The notes beneath the pieces are model-generated. The model saw nothing but the letters and a program-made list of their open reading frames with translations, was not told where the DNA came from and did no database searches. From NCBI RefSeq assembly GCF_018350175.1, contig NC_058368.1, forward strand, positions 154,382,001 to 154,446,000: a DNA stretch of 64,000 bases, in the 5' to 3' direction. A program made the translations under genes and the position numbers. This document shows positions 1 through 13,621 of this stretch, one piece after another. The stretch's first letter is position 1, and each line of letters begins with the position of its first letter. This stretch comes from Felis catus (lineage: Eukaryota).

Positions 1-151
1 ATCGTTTTTATTTATTTTGAAAAGAGAGAGAGAGGGAGAGAGGGAGAGATTGAGAATCCCAAGCAGGCTCCACACTGTCAACACAGGGCCCCATGCAGCA
101 TGTGATCATCAAGGGTTGGATGCTTAACTGATTAAGCCACCCAAGTGCCCC
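1..151 (-). mobile_element. Can-SINE (SINEC), internally deleted, cut by the window edge
   Basis: Reverse complement starts GGGGCACTTGGGTGGCTTAATCAGTTAAGCATCC (tRNA-derived head), followed by (CT)n and AATAAA tail. Confidence 0.9.
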
Positions 152-894
152 TGTTTTATTATATCTTACTGTTTCATATGGGCAAATTTTGAAATAAGTT
201 GAATATTTTTTTTTTCTTATTCTTAGTAAGTTACAGTATTAGAGCTATTCAGTCTACAGTTTATACTCTCAGTACCATGTTGTCACCTAAATCATTTAAC
301 TATCTTCAGTTTGGGGGGAATTGCCCTAATCATCTTGTAAATATGCCATACTAGATCACAAAATTGCTCATGATCTCTTGCAAGGCTTTCGGGAGCATAC
401 AAGTCATACACTGGAATTTAAACAAATAAATACAAATGGTAAAAGAATTAGACTTTTGTATTTAAAAGCTGTTACTCTGAAGTGTTTTGTGTCTAGCAGC
501 TTACATTTTCCTTTATAAGATTTTCTGAGCTCATCCTTAATATTTAAGATTCTGTCATGATAAAATCAATCTGAGTTTTACTAGTCTAGTAAGTTTACTG
601 AGGGACTACTGATTGGGAATAAAATTTAAGGAAATTTTCGAATATTAGGTCCTTCATTAGAAACTTGCATTTAAAAATACTATAAATCACATGACTTGCG
701 ACACTTAGTAACAGAAACTAAATAAACTCGAATCACGTTTGTAACACTAGACCATATTAAAACTAATGACTATTGAAAGTTTCTACTTAAGTTTAGACAA
801 CATTCTGGGAAAACACTCATCCATATGGTCAAGCAATAACTCGGCCAATGAAAAATTTCTAATTATGTTTCATGCCATTTGGAATACACCAATT

Positions 895-3800
895 TTCTTT
901 TAGTTTTTATTGAAGTATAGTTAAAACAACGTAACATTAGTTTCAGGTGTACAAGATAATGATCTAATTTCTCTATACATTTTGGTATACTAACCACAAG
1001 TGTAGCTACCTTCTGTCACCATGCAACACTATTACAATACCATTGACTATAATCCCACTTCTGTACCTTTTACTTATTCCTTCCATAGCTGGTAACCTGC
1101 ACCTCCCACTCCACCTCCACCCTTTTGGTAACCATCAGTTTGTTGTCTGTATTTATGGGTCTGCTTCTGCTCTTTATTTTCATTTTGCTTTTTTTTTTCT
1201 TTCACATATAAGTGAAATATTATGGTATTTATCTTTCTCTGCCTTATTTTACTTAGCATAGGACCTTCTAGGTTCATCCATGTTGACACAAATTGGCAAG
1301 ATATCATTCTTTCTGATTAGGTAATAATTTATTGTATATATACCATATCTTTTTTTTTAATTTTTTAATGTTTATTTATTTTTGAGAGAGAGAGTGTGCA
1401 TGTGCACCATGGAGGGGGAGACAGAGAAAAAGAGAGAGACAGAGGATCCCTAGCAGGGACTTTCGCTGACAGCAGAAAGCCTGATGCAGGGCTCAAACTC
1501 AGAAACTGAAAGATCATGACCTGCGCCAAAGTTGGACGCTTAACCAACTGAGTCACCCAGGTGCCCCATACCATATCTTTTTTATACATTCAGGTAATGA
1601 TGGACACTTAGGTTGCTTCCATGTGTTGGCTATTGTCAATAATGCTACAATAAACATGGGGGTGTATATATCTTTTCAAACATATGTGTTTTGGTTTCTT
1701 TGAATAAGTATACAGTAGTGCAATTACTAGATCATGTAGTATTTCTAATTTTTTGAGTAATTTTCATACTGTTTTCCACAGTGACTGTACCCGTTTACAC
1801 TCCTACTAATGGTGCATGATGGCTTCTTTTTTTCTATATCCTCACCAACTCTTGTTATTTATTTGTTATATTTGTGATACTAGCCATGCTGACAGGCATG
1901 ATGTAATAGCTCTTGTGGTTTTCATTTACACTTCCCTGATAAATGGTGATGTTGAGCATATTTTCATGCATCATATTGTCTGTCTGTATGTCCTCTTTGG
2001 AAAAATGTCTGTTTAGGTCCTTTGCCCACGTTTAATTAGATTATTTGGTTTTAGGCATTGAATTGCATCAGTTCTTTATGTATTTTGGATATTAACCCCT
2101 TATCAGATATATCATTTGCAAATATTTTCTGGTATATTTAGTAGGTAGCCTTTTCATTTAGTTGGTGTCCTTAGCTGTGCAAAAGCTTTTCAGTTTGGTG
2201 TACTCCTGATAGTTAATTTTTTGCATTTGTTTTTGGCATTTGGAGACAGATCTAGAAAAATGTAAGAGATAATGGCTTATGTTTTTTCCTAGGAGTTTTA
2301 TGGTTTCATGTCTCACATTTAGGTATTTTATCCATTTTAAGTTTATTATTATGTATGGATGGTGTAAGAGAGTGGTTCCATTCTTGTGCATATAGCTGTC
2401 TCGTTTTCTCAGCACCATTTATTGAAGACACTATCTTTTCCCCATTGTACATTTGTGTCACCTTTGTCATAGATGAATTAATAATGTACATGTGGTCTTA
2501 TTTATGGGCTCTTCATCCTGTTCTATTTTTCTATGTGTCTATTTTTGTGCCAGTACCATACTGTTTTGACAACTACTGTTTTACGGTATATTTCAAAACT
2601 TGGGATTGTGATACCTCCAGTTTTGTTCTTTCTTCTTAAGATTGCTTTAGTATTCAGGGTCTTTTGCGGTTCCATAAAAGTTGAGAATCACCTGTTCTGG
2701 TTCTGTGAAAAATAATGTTGGTATCTTGATAGGGATTCCATTGAATCCATAGTTTGTTTTGGGTAGTATGGACATTTTAATATTATTTTTCCAATCCCTC
2801 AGCATTGTAGATCTCTTCATTTATGTCATTGTCAATTTCTTTCACCAGTGTTTTATAGTTTTCAGAGTATAGGTCCTTCACCTCCTTGGTTATGTTTATT
2901 CCTAGATATTTTATTGTTTTTGTTGCAAATTCTAACCCCCCCCCCCAATTTCTTTCTCTACTACATCATTAATGACTAGCAGTACAGATTTCTGTGTATG
3001 AATTTTGTATCCTGCAAATTTGCTCAATTCATTTATTACTTCTAATAGTTTCTTGTTGGGGTCTTTTAGGGTTTTCCATGTATAATATCAAATCATCTGA
3101 AAATAGTGACAGTTTTTCTACTTCCTTACCAATTTGGATGCTTTTTATTTTTCTTGTGTGGTTGCTGTGGCTAGGACTTCCAGCCACTGTGTTGAATAAA
3201 AGTGGTGAGAGTAGACATCCTTGTCTTGTTCCTGACCATAGAGGAAAAGTTTTTTTGTTTCTTTTTAACATTGAGTATGTTAGCTGTGGATGTGTCATAT
3301 ATGGCCTTTTTTAAAAAAAAATGAGGTACATACCCTCTAACTTCACTTTGTCTCACATGTTGGTGGTGAATGATCCTTTTAACGTTTTGTTAAAGGTGGT
3401 TTGCTAATATTTTGTCAGAGAATTTTGCATCTATGTTCATCAAAGGTATTCACCTATAGGTTTGTTTTGTTTTTCTGGTGTCATTGTCTGGTTTGAGTAT
3501 CAGGGTATGCTGGTCTCATAGAATCTATTTGGATGCTCTCCCTCCTCTTACTTTTTTTGAAATAGTTTCAGAAGAATAGGAAACTCTTTTTTAAATGTTT
3601 GGTAGAATTCTGTGAAGCCATCTGGTCTTGGACTTTTGTTTTTTGGAATTTCTTGATTACCGGTTCAATTTTGTTAATAGTAATGGGTCTTTTAAGATTT
3701 TCTATTTCTTTCTGAATCAAGTTTGGAACATTGTAGATTTCTAGAAACGTAGCAATTTCTTCTATATTGTCCAATTTGTTAGCATGTGTTTTTTCATAGT

Positions 3801-6600
3801 GGTCTCATGATATATCTGTGGTATCAGTTCTTTTCATTGATTTCTGAAATTATCTATTTGGGTCTTGTCTTTTCTTCTGATGAATCAGTTTATCAGGTCT
3901 GGTTACTTTTTTTTTTTTTAAGTGTGTTTCATTTTTTCCTTACTCAGATCTTTATTATTTCCCTCCTTCTAACTTTGGGCCTTGTTCTTCGTTAGTTTCT
4001 TTAGGTATAAAATTAGATTGAGATTTTTCTCGTTTCTTGATTAGTCCTGCATCACTGTAAATTTCCCTCTTAGAATTGTTTTTGCTGAATCTCAAACACT
4101 TTGGACTGTTGTGTTTTCATTTGCCTTAATATTTTGTTGATTTCCTCTTTGATTTCTTTGTTGACCCCTTGGTTGTTTGGTAGCATGTTGTTTAGACTCC
4201 ACGTGTTTGTACTTTCCTCAGTTTTTGTAATTGTAATTCTCAATTTTGTAATTGTCCTACCATTATGGTTGAAAGATGCTTCATATGATTTCAGTCTTCT
4301 TACAATTATTGAGACTGTTTTGTGGCCTAACCTAATCTATCCTGGAGAATTATCCATGTGCACTTGAAAACAATGGGTATAGTGCGGATTTGGGATGGAA
4401 TGTTTTGTATATCTGCAAAGTTGATCACGTTGCATGCATTGTTCAGAGACACCGTTTCCTTATTTCTGCTTCAAAGAAATCTCCATTGATGTAACTAGTG
4501 TGTTAATGTCTTCTACTACTATTGTGGTTTTTCAATTTCTCTTTATGTCTGTAAATATTTGCTTCATATATTTAGGCGTGTCAGCCTTGGGTGCATAGAT
4601 AATTACAATGACTATATCCTCTTGCTGGATTGATCCCTTTGTCATTAGACAATGCCCGTCTTTGTCTCTTGATACAGTCTTTGTTTTAAAGTCTATTTGG
4701 TTTGATATGGATTCTACTATCCTGGCTTTTTAAATTTTAACTTCTTTTTTCATGGAATATCTTTCTCCATATCTTTACTTTCAGTTTCTATGTGTCTTTA
4801 AGTCTTAAGTGCATCTCTTGCAGGCAGCATTTAGATGGGTCTTTTTTAAATTTATCCATCACCCTATGTCTTTTAATTGGAGAAGTTAGACCATTTATAC
4901 TACAGTAATTATTGATAGGTATGTACTTATGCCATCTTATTAACTGTTTTCTGATAGTTTCTGTACTTCTCTGTTCTTTTACTCTTCTCTTATCATGATT
5001 CATGAATTTCTTTAGTGTTATGCTTGGCTTCTTTGTGTGTGGGTGTATTGGTTTGTAGATACCATGAGGTTCGTATATAACATAATAAGTATACAGGAGC
5101 CTATATTAAATTGATGGTTGCTGAAATGCAAACACATTATAAAAAGACTTCATTTTTATTTCTCCACTTTTCATCTGTCATATTTAATATACTTTTGTAA
5201 GTCCCCTTCACTAAAATTTTTAATTGATTTTACTACTTTGGTTCTTTTAACCTTTATTCTAGCTTTGCAAGTGATTGTTCTACTACCTTTACTGTGTGTT
5301 TGCTTTTATTCATGAAGTACTTTTCCTTTCATAATTTTCTTCTAATTATGGCCTTTCATTTTCCACTTGAAGAATTCCCTTTAACATTTTTAGCATTTCT
5401 TGTAAGGTGAGTTAGGTGATGATAACCTCTTTTAAAGTTTTGTTTGGAAAACTCTATCCCTCCTTCAATTCTGAATGATAACTTTGCCTGGTATTCTTGG
5501 TTAAGGTTTTTTTCTCCTCTTTTTCCTTTAAGCATTCTGAATATATCATACCACTCCCTTGTAGTCTGAGAAATTTCTGCTGAAAAATTAGCTTATAGTC
5601 TAACATAGTTTTCTTAGTAAATAATTAGTTGCTTTCTCTCATTACATTTAGAAGTCTTGCTTTGTATTTAACCTTTGACATATTAATTATGTGTTATGGT
5701 ACGGACCTCATTAGGTTAATCTTGTTTGGAGCTTTGTGCTTCCTGAACCTGGATCTCGTTCCTTCCCCATGTTAGTAAAGTTTCTTCACTATTTCTTCAA
5801 ATGAGTTCTGTCCCTTTTTCTTCTTTCTAGGACCCTGTATTGTGAGTATTTAATGGCTTGATGTTGTTCAAAAGATTCCTTAATCTAGCCTCATTTTTTA
5901 AAATTATTTTTTCTTTCTGTTGTTTAGCTTAGGTGCTTTCCATTTTAACTGATCTGTTTTGCATCTTTTCATCTACTGTTGTTGATTCTCTTTAGTTTGT
6001 TTTTCACTTCGACTGAAGTGTATTCTTCAATTGATTGCTTCTTCTTATATTTTCAATCTATTTGTTGAAGTTCTTACTGAGCTTATCCATTCTTCTTTCC
6101 AGTCTGGTAAGAATCTTTATGACCAGAACTTTGAACTCTTTTATCATGTAAATTGGTTATTTCTATTCCCTTTAGTACTTTTTCTGAGGTTTTGTCTTGC
6201 TCTTTTTTTTTGGAGCACATCCCTCTGTCAGTCACATCTTGCCTCACTTTAAAGTGGTCACAGGCCAGGGTAGTCCTGGGGTTCTCTGTACAGAAGTCAC
6301 CTAGTAGGACTGCTGAAGTAGCTAAAAACCAAGGCTTTCTAGGGCATGCTGGTGGGGTGGCTGGAGCCAAATTGGTGAAGGTTTGGCATGTTCCATGGTG
6401 CCTTGGGACTGTGTCACCTTGGTAAATTGGCTGAGGCTGTAGTAATCACTGCTGAGAGGCGTCCCAGTGTGTACTCTGCTGGGACAGCTGGAGTGGGTAT
6501 GAGCTAGGGACTCACTCAGGACTCACTGAGACTGTAAGCTGGCTGGGGCACCTGTACCATGTTCCTGTCCACACTATCAGCCTCGGGATTTAGATGTAGA
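895..6600 (-). mobile_element. Long decayed LINE-1 (3'UTR, ORF2, ORF1, part of 5'UTR)
   Basis: Minus-strand ORF fragments match L1 ORF2 (FPLWSGTRQGCLLSPLLFN...LSLFSDDLILYMENP; LKSFCTAKDT; NGLTSPIKRHRV; CCLQEMHLR). T-rich 3' end near 895. Many stops and frameshifts. 5' boundary approximate. Confidence 0.92.
1355..1567 (-). mobile_element. Can-SINE inserted in the L1 3'UTR
   Basis: Head GGGGCACCTGGGTGACTCAGTTGGTTAAGCG on -; TSD ATACCATATCTTTTT at 1340-1354 and 1568-1582. Confidence 0.95.
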
Positions 6601-9344
6601 TTCTGGATGTTAAAGGATTTGTCCAGGGGAATTCCTTTTTCTTAGCGAAGAAGAGGGCAAGCATTTAAGTAATAGATAGTAATGACTTATCCAAAGTGGT
6701 GATGAGCAAAGTACAAAATGTGTTTCATTCTCTTTGTAATTTTGTCTTTTCCTGTGTACATAGAAAGAAAAAAAGTAAACTATATTCCTATAGTAATCCT
6801 GTAATTTTGAATTATCCTTTACGTTAATTGGTATATTTGTCAACATCAGACTACAGAAATAATAGGATATTCGGAATTGCTAAAGACATTGGATATCCTG
6901 TGCAGGGAGAGGGAAATGGAAAAGTGGCTTAAAGGAAGATTCCCATCCTGCCCCCGCCCCGCCCCACAATATACAAAGAAAAGGAATAGCCCTTGAATAT
7001 TTCCCCCTCTCCTTTTCAAGACAATTGCTCCTTGGTTACTCATTTCTTTTCCCTATGGTCAGGTTGGCTGCATCTCCCAACACTTGTAAGTACTGTATGT
7101 TCTGACATATCCTGAAGTCATGCATTAGCACCTTTTCATTCAGCAAAGGGTGAGAACAGATATCTTTTGGCAGCTGACAGCAGGAAGCAGGCAGAAAGAA
7201 GGGGAAGGAAACTGGAGGACAGGGACACTGTGGTGGTCTAGTGGCTAGCAGGACTAATGTACCAGCTGCGAATAACCCCTTTTTTGCCTTCCAGCCCAGA
7301 TGTCTGTCATTGTCATGTCCTCAAGCTATCGTGGTAAATGATTTGTGCTTTGCAACTGAGTCACCAATGTGGCAATTGAACCTCTTCACAGCTCAAAATT
7401 GTTGATGTGTGCACAGAGGGCCCTATGGTTGTTCTGTATGCTTGTAGGAACAAGGATGGAGTGGGGAGGGGGTGAGGGGGAAGCACCAGAGAAAGAGCAA
7501 AGAAGCAGGAGCCAGAGAGGATAGTGAAATGTCAAGGTTACCTTGTTTTGCCTGGAGAATTAAAGGAAGGGCACATTAATGTCTGCCTCCATTTGGTCTT
7601 TTGGCTCTCTTAGTCTGAAGCGGCCTCTTGCTGCTCTGGTAGATATACATATCACTTTGAAAGATTAAAAAATGAAGAATGCAGTGATCTGTATTGTATA
7701 TATGCTTTATTCTGTGGAAAGAATGTTAATAAATATACCGTGAGCCTGCAAAGTTTGCCAATATAAATAATGTGGCATTTCAAAGTCTGTCAGTAAATGT
7801 AATTGAATTTTTCAATGTAAAAATACAGTGCAGTTATAAATTGGAGTCATGCTTGACATTAGTTGGGCATTAGAAGATATTAATTAGATACTGCTCACTT
7901 CTTCTCTTTCTTTTTTTATATTAAATGAAATTATCAAGCAAAAAGAATTTGCAAGCATGCAATTTAGAGATTTTTATTCTCAAAAACAAGCTGCCTGGTA
8001 ATTTTTAGTAGAGAAAGAAAATGCTTTTTCAAAAATCTTGTCAGTGAGCTGTCTAAAACATGCCCTTCCCAATATGAACACAATATGGAAAAGCTAATCC
8101 ATTTTAATACTTTGTAATGATAATAAGCTACAGTGAACAAGTAGCCTAGGGAAAAGATAGTAGTAGTCACCTTTAAACAGAAAGAGAATAGCAAGTAATT
8201 GTACATTTTTACACTAGGCTGATGACAACATTTCCTGTGACTTTGAACTTACTTTGGCTGTCACCATCCTGGCAAACATTCTGCATATCAATCAGACAGT
8301 TGTATTTCTTGCATGACATTTGCAGCATAATGTAGACATTTACTTATGTGATCGTTGTATGTAAGCAGACCGTTTATATGTAAATAATTGTGTTCCTTCA
8401 TGCTACAGATGCTGCACGTGGAGCCGTTAGGACCTTTTAGATCTCAATACCACATGCAATTTTCATTTACTATTTTTATTCTTGCTTAAATCTGTCTTCA
8501 TCGTTCGTTGGCACATTCACCCCTGAGTGTCTGCTTTATGTGATTATACACTAGCGTGTGTGTTTTCTAGCAGTTAATTACTTGCACTGAGATTCCATAA
8601 ATCGCTTTAATAGTGTTTGAATTCTAGTTTCTTAAAAATTTGTCATCTTGATTTTATAACAAAATATTTCAATGAATTACCACAAAAGAAGTATATCCAG
8701 ATATGGACTAATGTGCATAGTTTTAACGTTTCCTGGGAATTATTTTCTAGTTCTTGTTATATAGAAACAGATTTTAAAGTTTTTAATTTAAAATTTGTAA
8801 ATAATCAGTACCTGTACTCATTAGCTTCCTTCCAAATACCTTATTCTTTAAGTACTTTTATTGAAAAAGTAATGTAAGGTATCCCCACAGTGCATAATGT
8901 GTGCTACTCATAAATATTTTTATGGTACGACTTTCTGCTTCAAGATGAGCGTTTTGACTAGGATTTATAATTGGGGCCAGTACGTTATAGCTAATTAAGT
9001 ACCTGTTTAAAGATAATGTTTTGATTCTAAAGTTTGTCTTTTAGCTTCTATTGAAATATGTATGTTCAGTTGTAACATAGTAACATTTTGCCTATTTTCT
9101 GATATTTGTTTAAATGATAATTAGCTTCCAGGAATATCCAAAGAAAATAGAATGAGGTCTGACTCCAGGGACTGGAAAAAAGAAAATAATGAAATGAGAA
9201 ATGGACAAAACAGGTGATTTCTCTTTTGTAACTGCTAAATACAATGTTCTAATTCCAGGGCTAAGAAAACTAAGATAAGAAAAAAAAAAGGTGCTAAGTT
9301 GTGGCAGTGATGGCTAGCTGAATACCACCAATTCATGCTTGGCC

Positions 9345-9440
9345 ATTTCCCAGACTTTGCATCTGGATTTATTCATGTGACTAGTTTGGATTACCAGAGT
9401 AATATGAATTGGATTGATATATATGTCAGTTCTAGGCTGT
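9345..9440. mobile_element. Possible MLT1 (MaLR LTR) fragment
   Basis: TTCCCAGACTTTGCA...CATGTGACTAG...GTCAGTTCTAGGC resembles the recalled MLT1 core; highly diverged. Confidence 0.4.
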
Positions 9441-9619
9441 GATGGAAAATCTTACAGTGGGCTTACTTCAAGATCTCTCGTGATTTCTCCCAGATAGATA
9501 AAACCCAAGTGCCTCCACACCCACAAACGTTTCAGCCATTAGCTTCCTTATTTTATCTGTAAACTGGCATTTATTACCACCTGTATATACTTATTTCATC
9601 CTCTTAACATATTTTTCAT

Positions 9620-9730
9620 AGCAGAGGCATCTGAGGCTTGCTAAGTTTGACTGACTTGGGTAATACAAACAAAACCCAGAATTTGAGCTTTCTGTTTAAG
9701 TTGTAAATTAATGTTCTTCCCAGCATACTT
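9620..9730 (-). mobile_element. MIR fragment
   Basis: GCAGAGGCATCTGAGGCT...TGACTTG...AGAATTTGAGC resembles the reverse MIR core. Confidence 0.45.
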
Positions 9731-11432
9731 CTTGAATAGTCTACTTCTTTAACCCTTAGAATTATATCAAGTATGTTTGCATTAGTGGTAAAGCAAAATT
9801 TTCATGTTCTTTATGATATAATGGCAGTTTGGAAAATTAACAACTGCTTCACAATCGGAAAATACCTTCAAGTAAAGAAGGTCAAAGCTACGCACACATT
9901 TCTCTATTAGATACTATTGTTTTAGTGTTGACTGAAAACAAATACACTAAAAAATAATCACCAGATTTATTTAAGAACTTTCTTTAAGGAGGTATTATGT
10001 CACCAAGATGAAGACATAGTTCATTATAGACTTTAGTCCCCCTCACAACTGTCCATGGACAAGATGCCACTGAGAGAATCATAGAACAGGGGGGTAATGC
10101 TGAAGAACCCCTTTTTACTACAGAGGCCAGGACATACTGCCTTAGGAAGGTAAGAGAAGCAACTACATAGTGATTACATTGTCTAGGCAACTGTGATATT
10201 TCACTGAGAGGTCTTTCCTGAGATCCTTGTTTGAAAGGGGACTTTAGAAGTGAGTTCTGGCACCCCACCCTACCCATCACCAGCATTGTGGTCACTTTGT
10301 AGGAGCCACTACTCTGGTTTCATTAACCTATCTGGTAAGACAGGGTAATCTGCAAGGCCCAAACCCTTGGGAATCTAATTGTATCAGGCAAAAAGGGAAG
10401 GGCTCCCAGTCACCTGCACTCAGATCTTGGCAGACTGAGTTTTTACCTCCAGAGCCCAAATAGTAGTTCCAGCCACTGGTTTTGCTCATTTGCAGTCTGA
10501 CCAGGTATAGCTCTGCACAATTCAGGTCCACAAACAAGGAGTTTTGCTGGCCCTATAGCCAGATCTGCCCACAGCTAGGCAGAAGAACAGTCATAGCCCT
10601 AACCACAGTAGATTGTAGCCCCAGTCGCATCTGAGAGAAAGGACTGGCAAAAATACACGGAAGCTGTATAACCCAGCAAATTTCAGCCTGAGTGTGGGCA
10701 GTGCTGAACACCCCCAGAGTGAAAGCAAGTGGTTCTGTTCAGCAGGAACTCAGGGAATAGGTCAGCTTAAGTCAAAACCACAAAGAACATTAGTAGCCTT
10801 GGAGCTACTTCTCCTGCTGTGCCTAGTTAGGGAAACAAATTTGTAGTCCCACTTATTGAATGCAGGCTTTAGTCCACCAACCCAGAAACCTAACCAAAGG
10901 AGACTAAAGAGCCCATCCAACAGACTTGCTCAAAGTAGCACTTGGAACAGTGTAAAACCCAAGGCCTTTCCTGTCTGTAGAGAAAAACCAGTGGTCCCCC
11001 TTGACCAGGATATTCAGTGCATACTCTTACCTGATTTGGGTCCCCACACAGTGAAATGTTCAGGCACCGGGTCCTGTCTTGCTGCCCCACTAAGGCAGAG
11101 AAGCTAATTTATAGCCCCACCTAGTGCTAAGTGTCATACCTGGTCCCAACCATCTGGTAAACCTGACTCAAGATCCTACAGCCTGACATGGGCAGGATTT
11201 CTGCCCAAGTCAGGGCACATCCTTCCCTTATGACTTCAAACTTAAAGAGTTACCTTGTCTGAAAATATATCCTAATAGCAGGTTCCATCTGCTGTCACAT
11301 CCAGAAGCTCAAAGTAGGCTGACTGGTCAAGAAATGTCTCTGCCAAAGCAAATCTGGAAAAGTCTAGAAGAGGAGACAAATTAAGGATAACGAAAAATCA
11401 GATCAATATAACACCATTAAAAACCAGCTAAT

Positions 11433-11545
11433 GGGAACCTGCTTCAGATTCTCCCTCTCCCTCTTTCTCTCTCTGCTCCTCCCACGCTTGTGCTCTCTCT
11501 CTCTCTCAAACATAAATATAAAAACATAAATATGAAAAAAAAATA
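11433..11545 (+). mobile_element. 5'-truncated Can-SINE (3' half)
   Basis: GAACCTGCTTCAGATTCTCCCTCT...(CT)n CAAACATAAA A-rich tail; no tRNA head. Confidence 0.8.
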
Positions 11546-12039
11546 ATGAAACTCTATTAACTTATCTTGGAAATCTATGAACTGTCAAAGAATTCAAAAA
11601 AGTCCTCTTTAGGAAGCTTAGTAAAGGACAAGAACACACAGACAACAAAATTAGGGGGTAAAAACATAGTCTAAAAAATATGATAACTGAACTGAAAAAT
11701 TCAACAGTTTCAAAAGCAGAATCAACCATGCAGAATAAAATCAGCAATGTGGAAAATGGGATGTTTGAAATTATCAATCAGAGGAACAACAAGAAAAAAA
11801 GAGTGAGAAAGACTAAAGAAAGCCTATGGGCCATATAAGACACAATGAAAAGAAACAATATTCACAATCTGGGAATAATGAGAAAGAGAAATGGACAGAA
11901 AGTGTATTTAAAGCAATAATGGCTCCAAACTTCCCAAACCTGGTGAGAGAAATAGACCTCTAGATCCAAGAGGCCCTAAAGAACCCAAACATGGTCACAT
12001 CAAGACACATTATAATTTAATGGTCAAAAGGCAAACATT

Positions 12040-13118
12040 TTTAAAAGTAATTAATTTTTAAATTTACATCCAAGTTAGTTAGCATATAATGCAATGATGA
12101 TTTTATGAGTAGATTCCAGTGATTCATCCCCTATGTATAACAACCAGTGCTAATCCCAACAAGTGTCTTCCTTAATGCCCCTTACCCATTTAGCCCATCC
12201 CCTAATCACAACCCCTCCAGCAACCCTCAATTTGTTCTCTGTATTTAAGAGTCTCTTATGTTTTGTCCCTCTCCTTGTTTTTATATTATTTTGCTTCCCT
12301 TCTTGTTCATCTGTTTTGTATCTTAAATAACTCATATGAGTGAAGTCATATGACATTTGTCTTTCTCTTATTTCACTTAGTTCCATCCTCTGGTTCCATC
12401 CATGTAGTTGCAAATGGCAAGATTGCCCTCATTTTAATTGTTGAGTAATAATCCATTGTATATATATATGTCACATCTTCTTTATCCATTCATCTGTTGA
12501 TGTACATTTTGGCTCTTTCCATACTTTGGCTACTACTGATTGTGCTGCTATAAACGTTGGGGTGCATGTACCCCTTTGAAACAGCACACCTCTATCCCTT
12601 GGATAAATACCGAGTAATGAAATTGCTGGGTCATAGAGTAGTTTTATTTTTAATTTTTTGAGGAACCTCCATACTGCTTTCCAGAGTGGCTGCACCAGTT
12701 TGCATTCCCACCAGCAGTGCCAAAGAGATCCTCTTTTCTCTGCGTCTTCACCAGCATCTACTGTTGCCTGACATGTTAATGTTAGCCATTCTGACAGGTG
12801 TGAGGTGGTATCTCATTGTGGTTTTAATTTGTATTTCATTGATTATGAGTGATGTTAAGCATTTTTTCATTTGTTAGCCATCTGGATGTCTTCTTTGGAG
12901 AAGTGTCTATTCATGTCTTTTGACCATTTCTTCACTGGATTATTTGTTGTTTGGGTGTTGAGTTTGAGTTCTTTATAGATTCTAGATACCAACCCTTTAT
13001 CTGGTATGTCATTTGCAAATATACTATCCCATTCCATTGGTTGCCTTTTAGTTTTGCTGATTGTTTCCTTTGCTGTGCAGAAGCTTTTTATTTTGATGAG
13101 GTCCGAATAGTTCATTTT
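12040..13118 (-). mobile_element. Younger 5'-truncated carnivore L1 inserted antisense into ORF1 of the host L1
   Basis: Minus-strand ORF2 C-terminus ([22 protein letters not shown]...[37 protein letters not shown]) plus 3'UTR; host ORF1 resumes near 13120. Confidence 0.92.
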
Positions 13119-13442
13119 TGAAAAGCAGAACAATTTGAAAGCAGTGAGAGAAAAAAGAGAAGTACAAACAAGTGAATCCCTAATAAGATTAGTGGAAGAT
13201 TTCCCAACGGAAATTTTTGAGGCCAGAAGAGCATGAAATAACATATTCAAAATATTGAAAGAAAAAATCTTTCAACCAAGAATACTGGAAATTCTGTCCT
13301 TCATAAATAAAAGAGGGATAAAGATTTTCCAAAAGCAAAGCTCATGGAATTCACACCCAGACCTACCTTGTATGAAACTCTATCAGGTGTTCCTTGAGTG
13401 GAAACAAATAACACCCATTAACATCATAAAGCAAACATACAT

Positions 13443-13621
13443 GGGGCACCTGGGTGGCTCAGTCAGTTAAGTGTCCGACTTTGGCTCAGGTCATGATCTT
13501 GCAGTTTGTGAGTTAGAGCCCCACGTCAGGCTCTGTGCTGACAGCTCAGATCCTGGAGCCTGCTTCGGATTCTGTGTCTCACCTTCTCTCTGTCTCAAAA
13601 ATAAATTAAAAAATAAATAAG
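13443..13621 (+). mobile_element. Can-SINE
   Basis: Canonical head; 16-bp TSD TAAAGCAAACATACAT at 13427-13442 and 13622-13637. Confidence 0.95.

Noticed and set aside
12867..13250. 127-aa minus-strand ORF
   Set aside because: Chimera of antisense host-L1 ORF1 sequence and the ORF2 C-terminus of the nested L1; not a gene.
13443..13520. tRNA-like A/B boxes, here and in all SINE heads
   Set aside because: These are tRNA-derived SINE heads followed by SINE body and tail, not tRNA genes.
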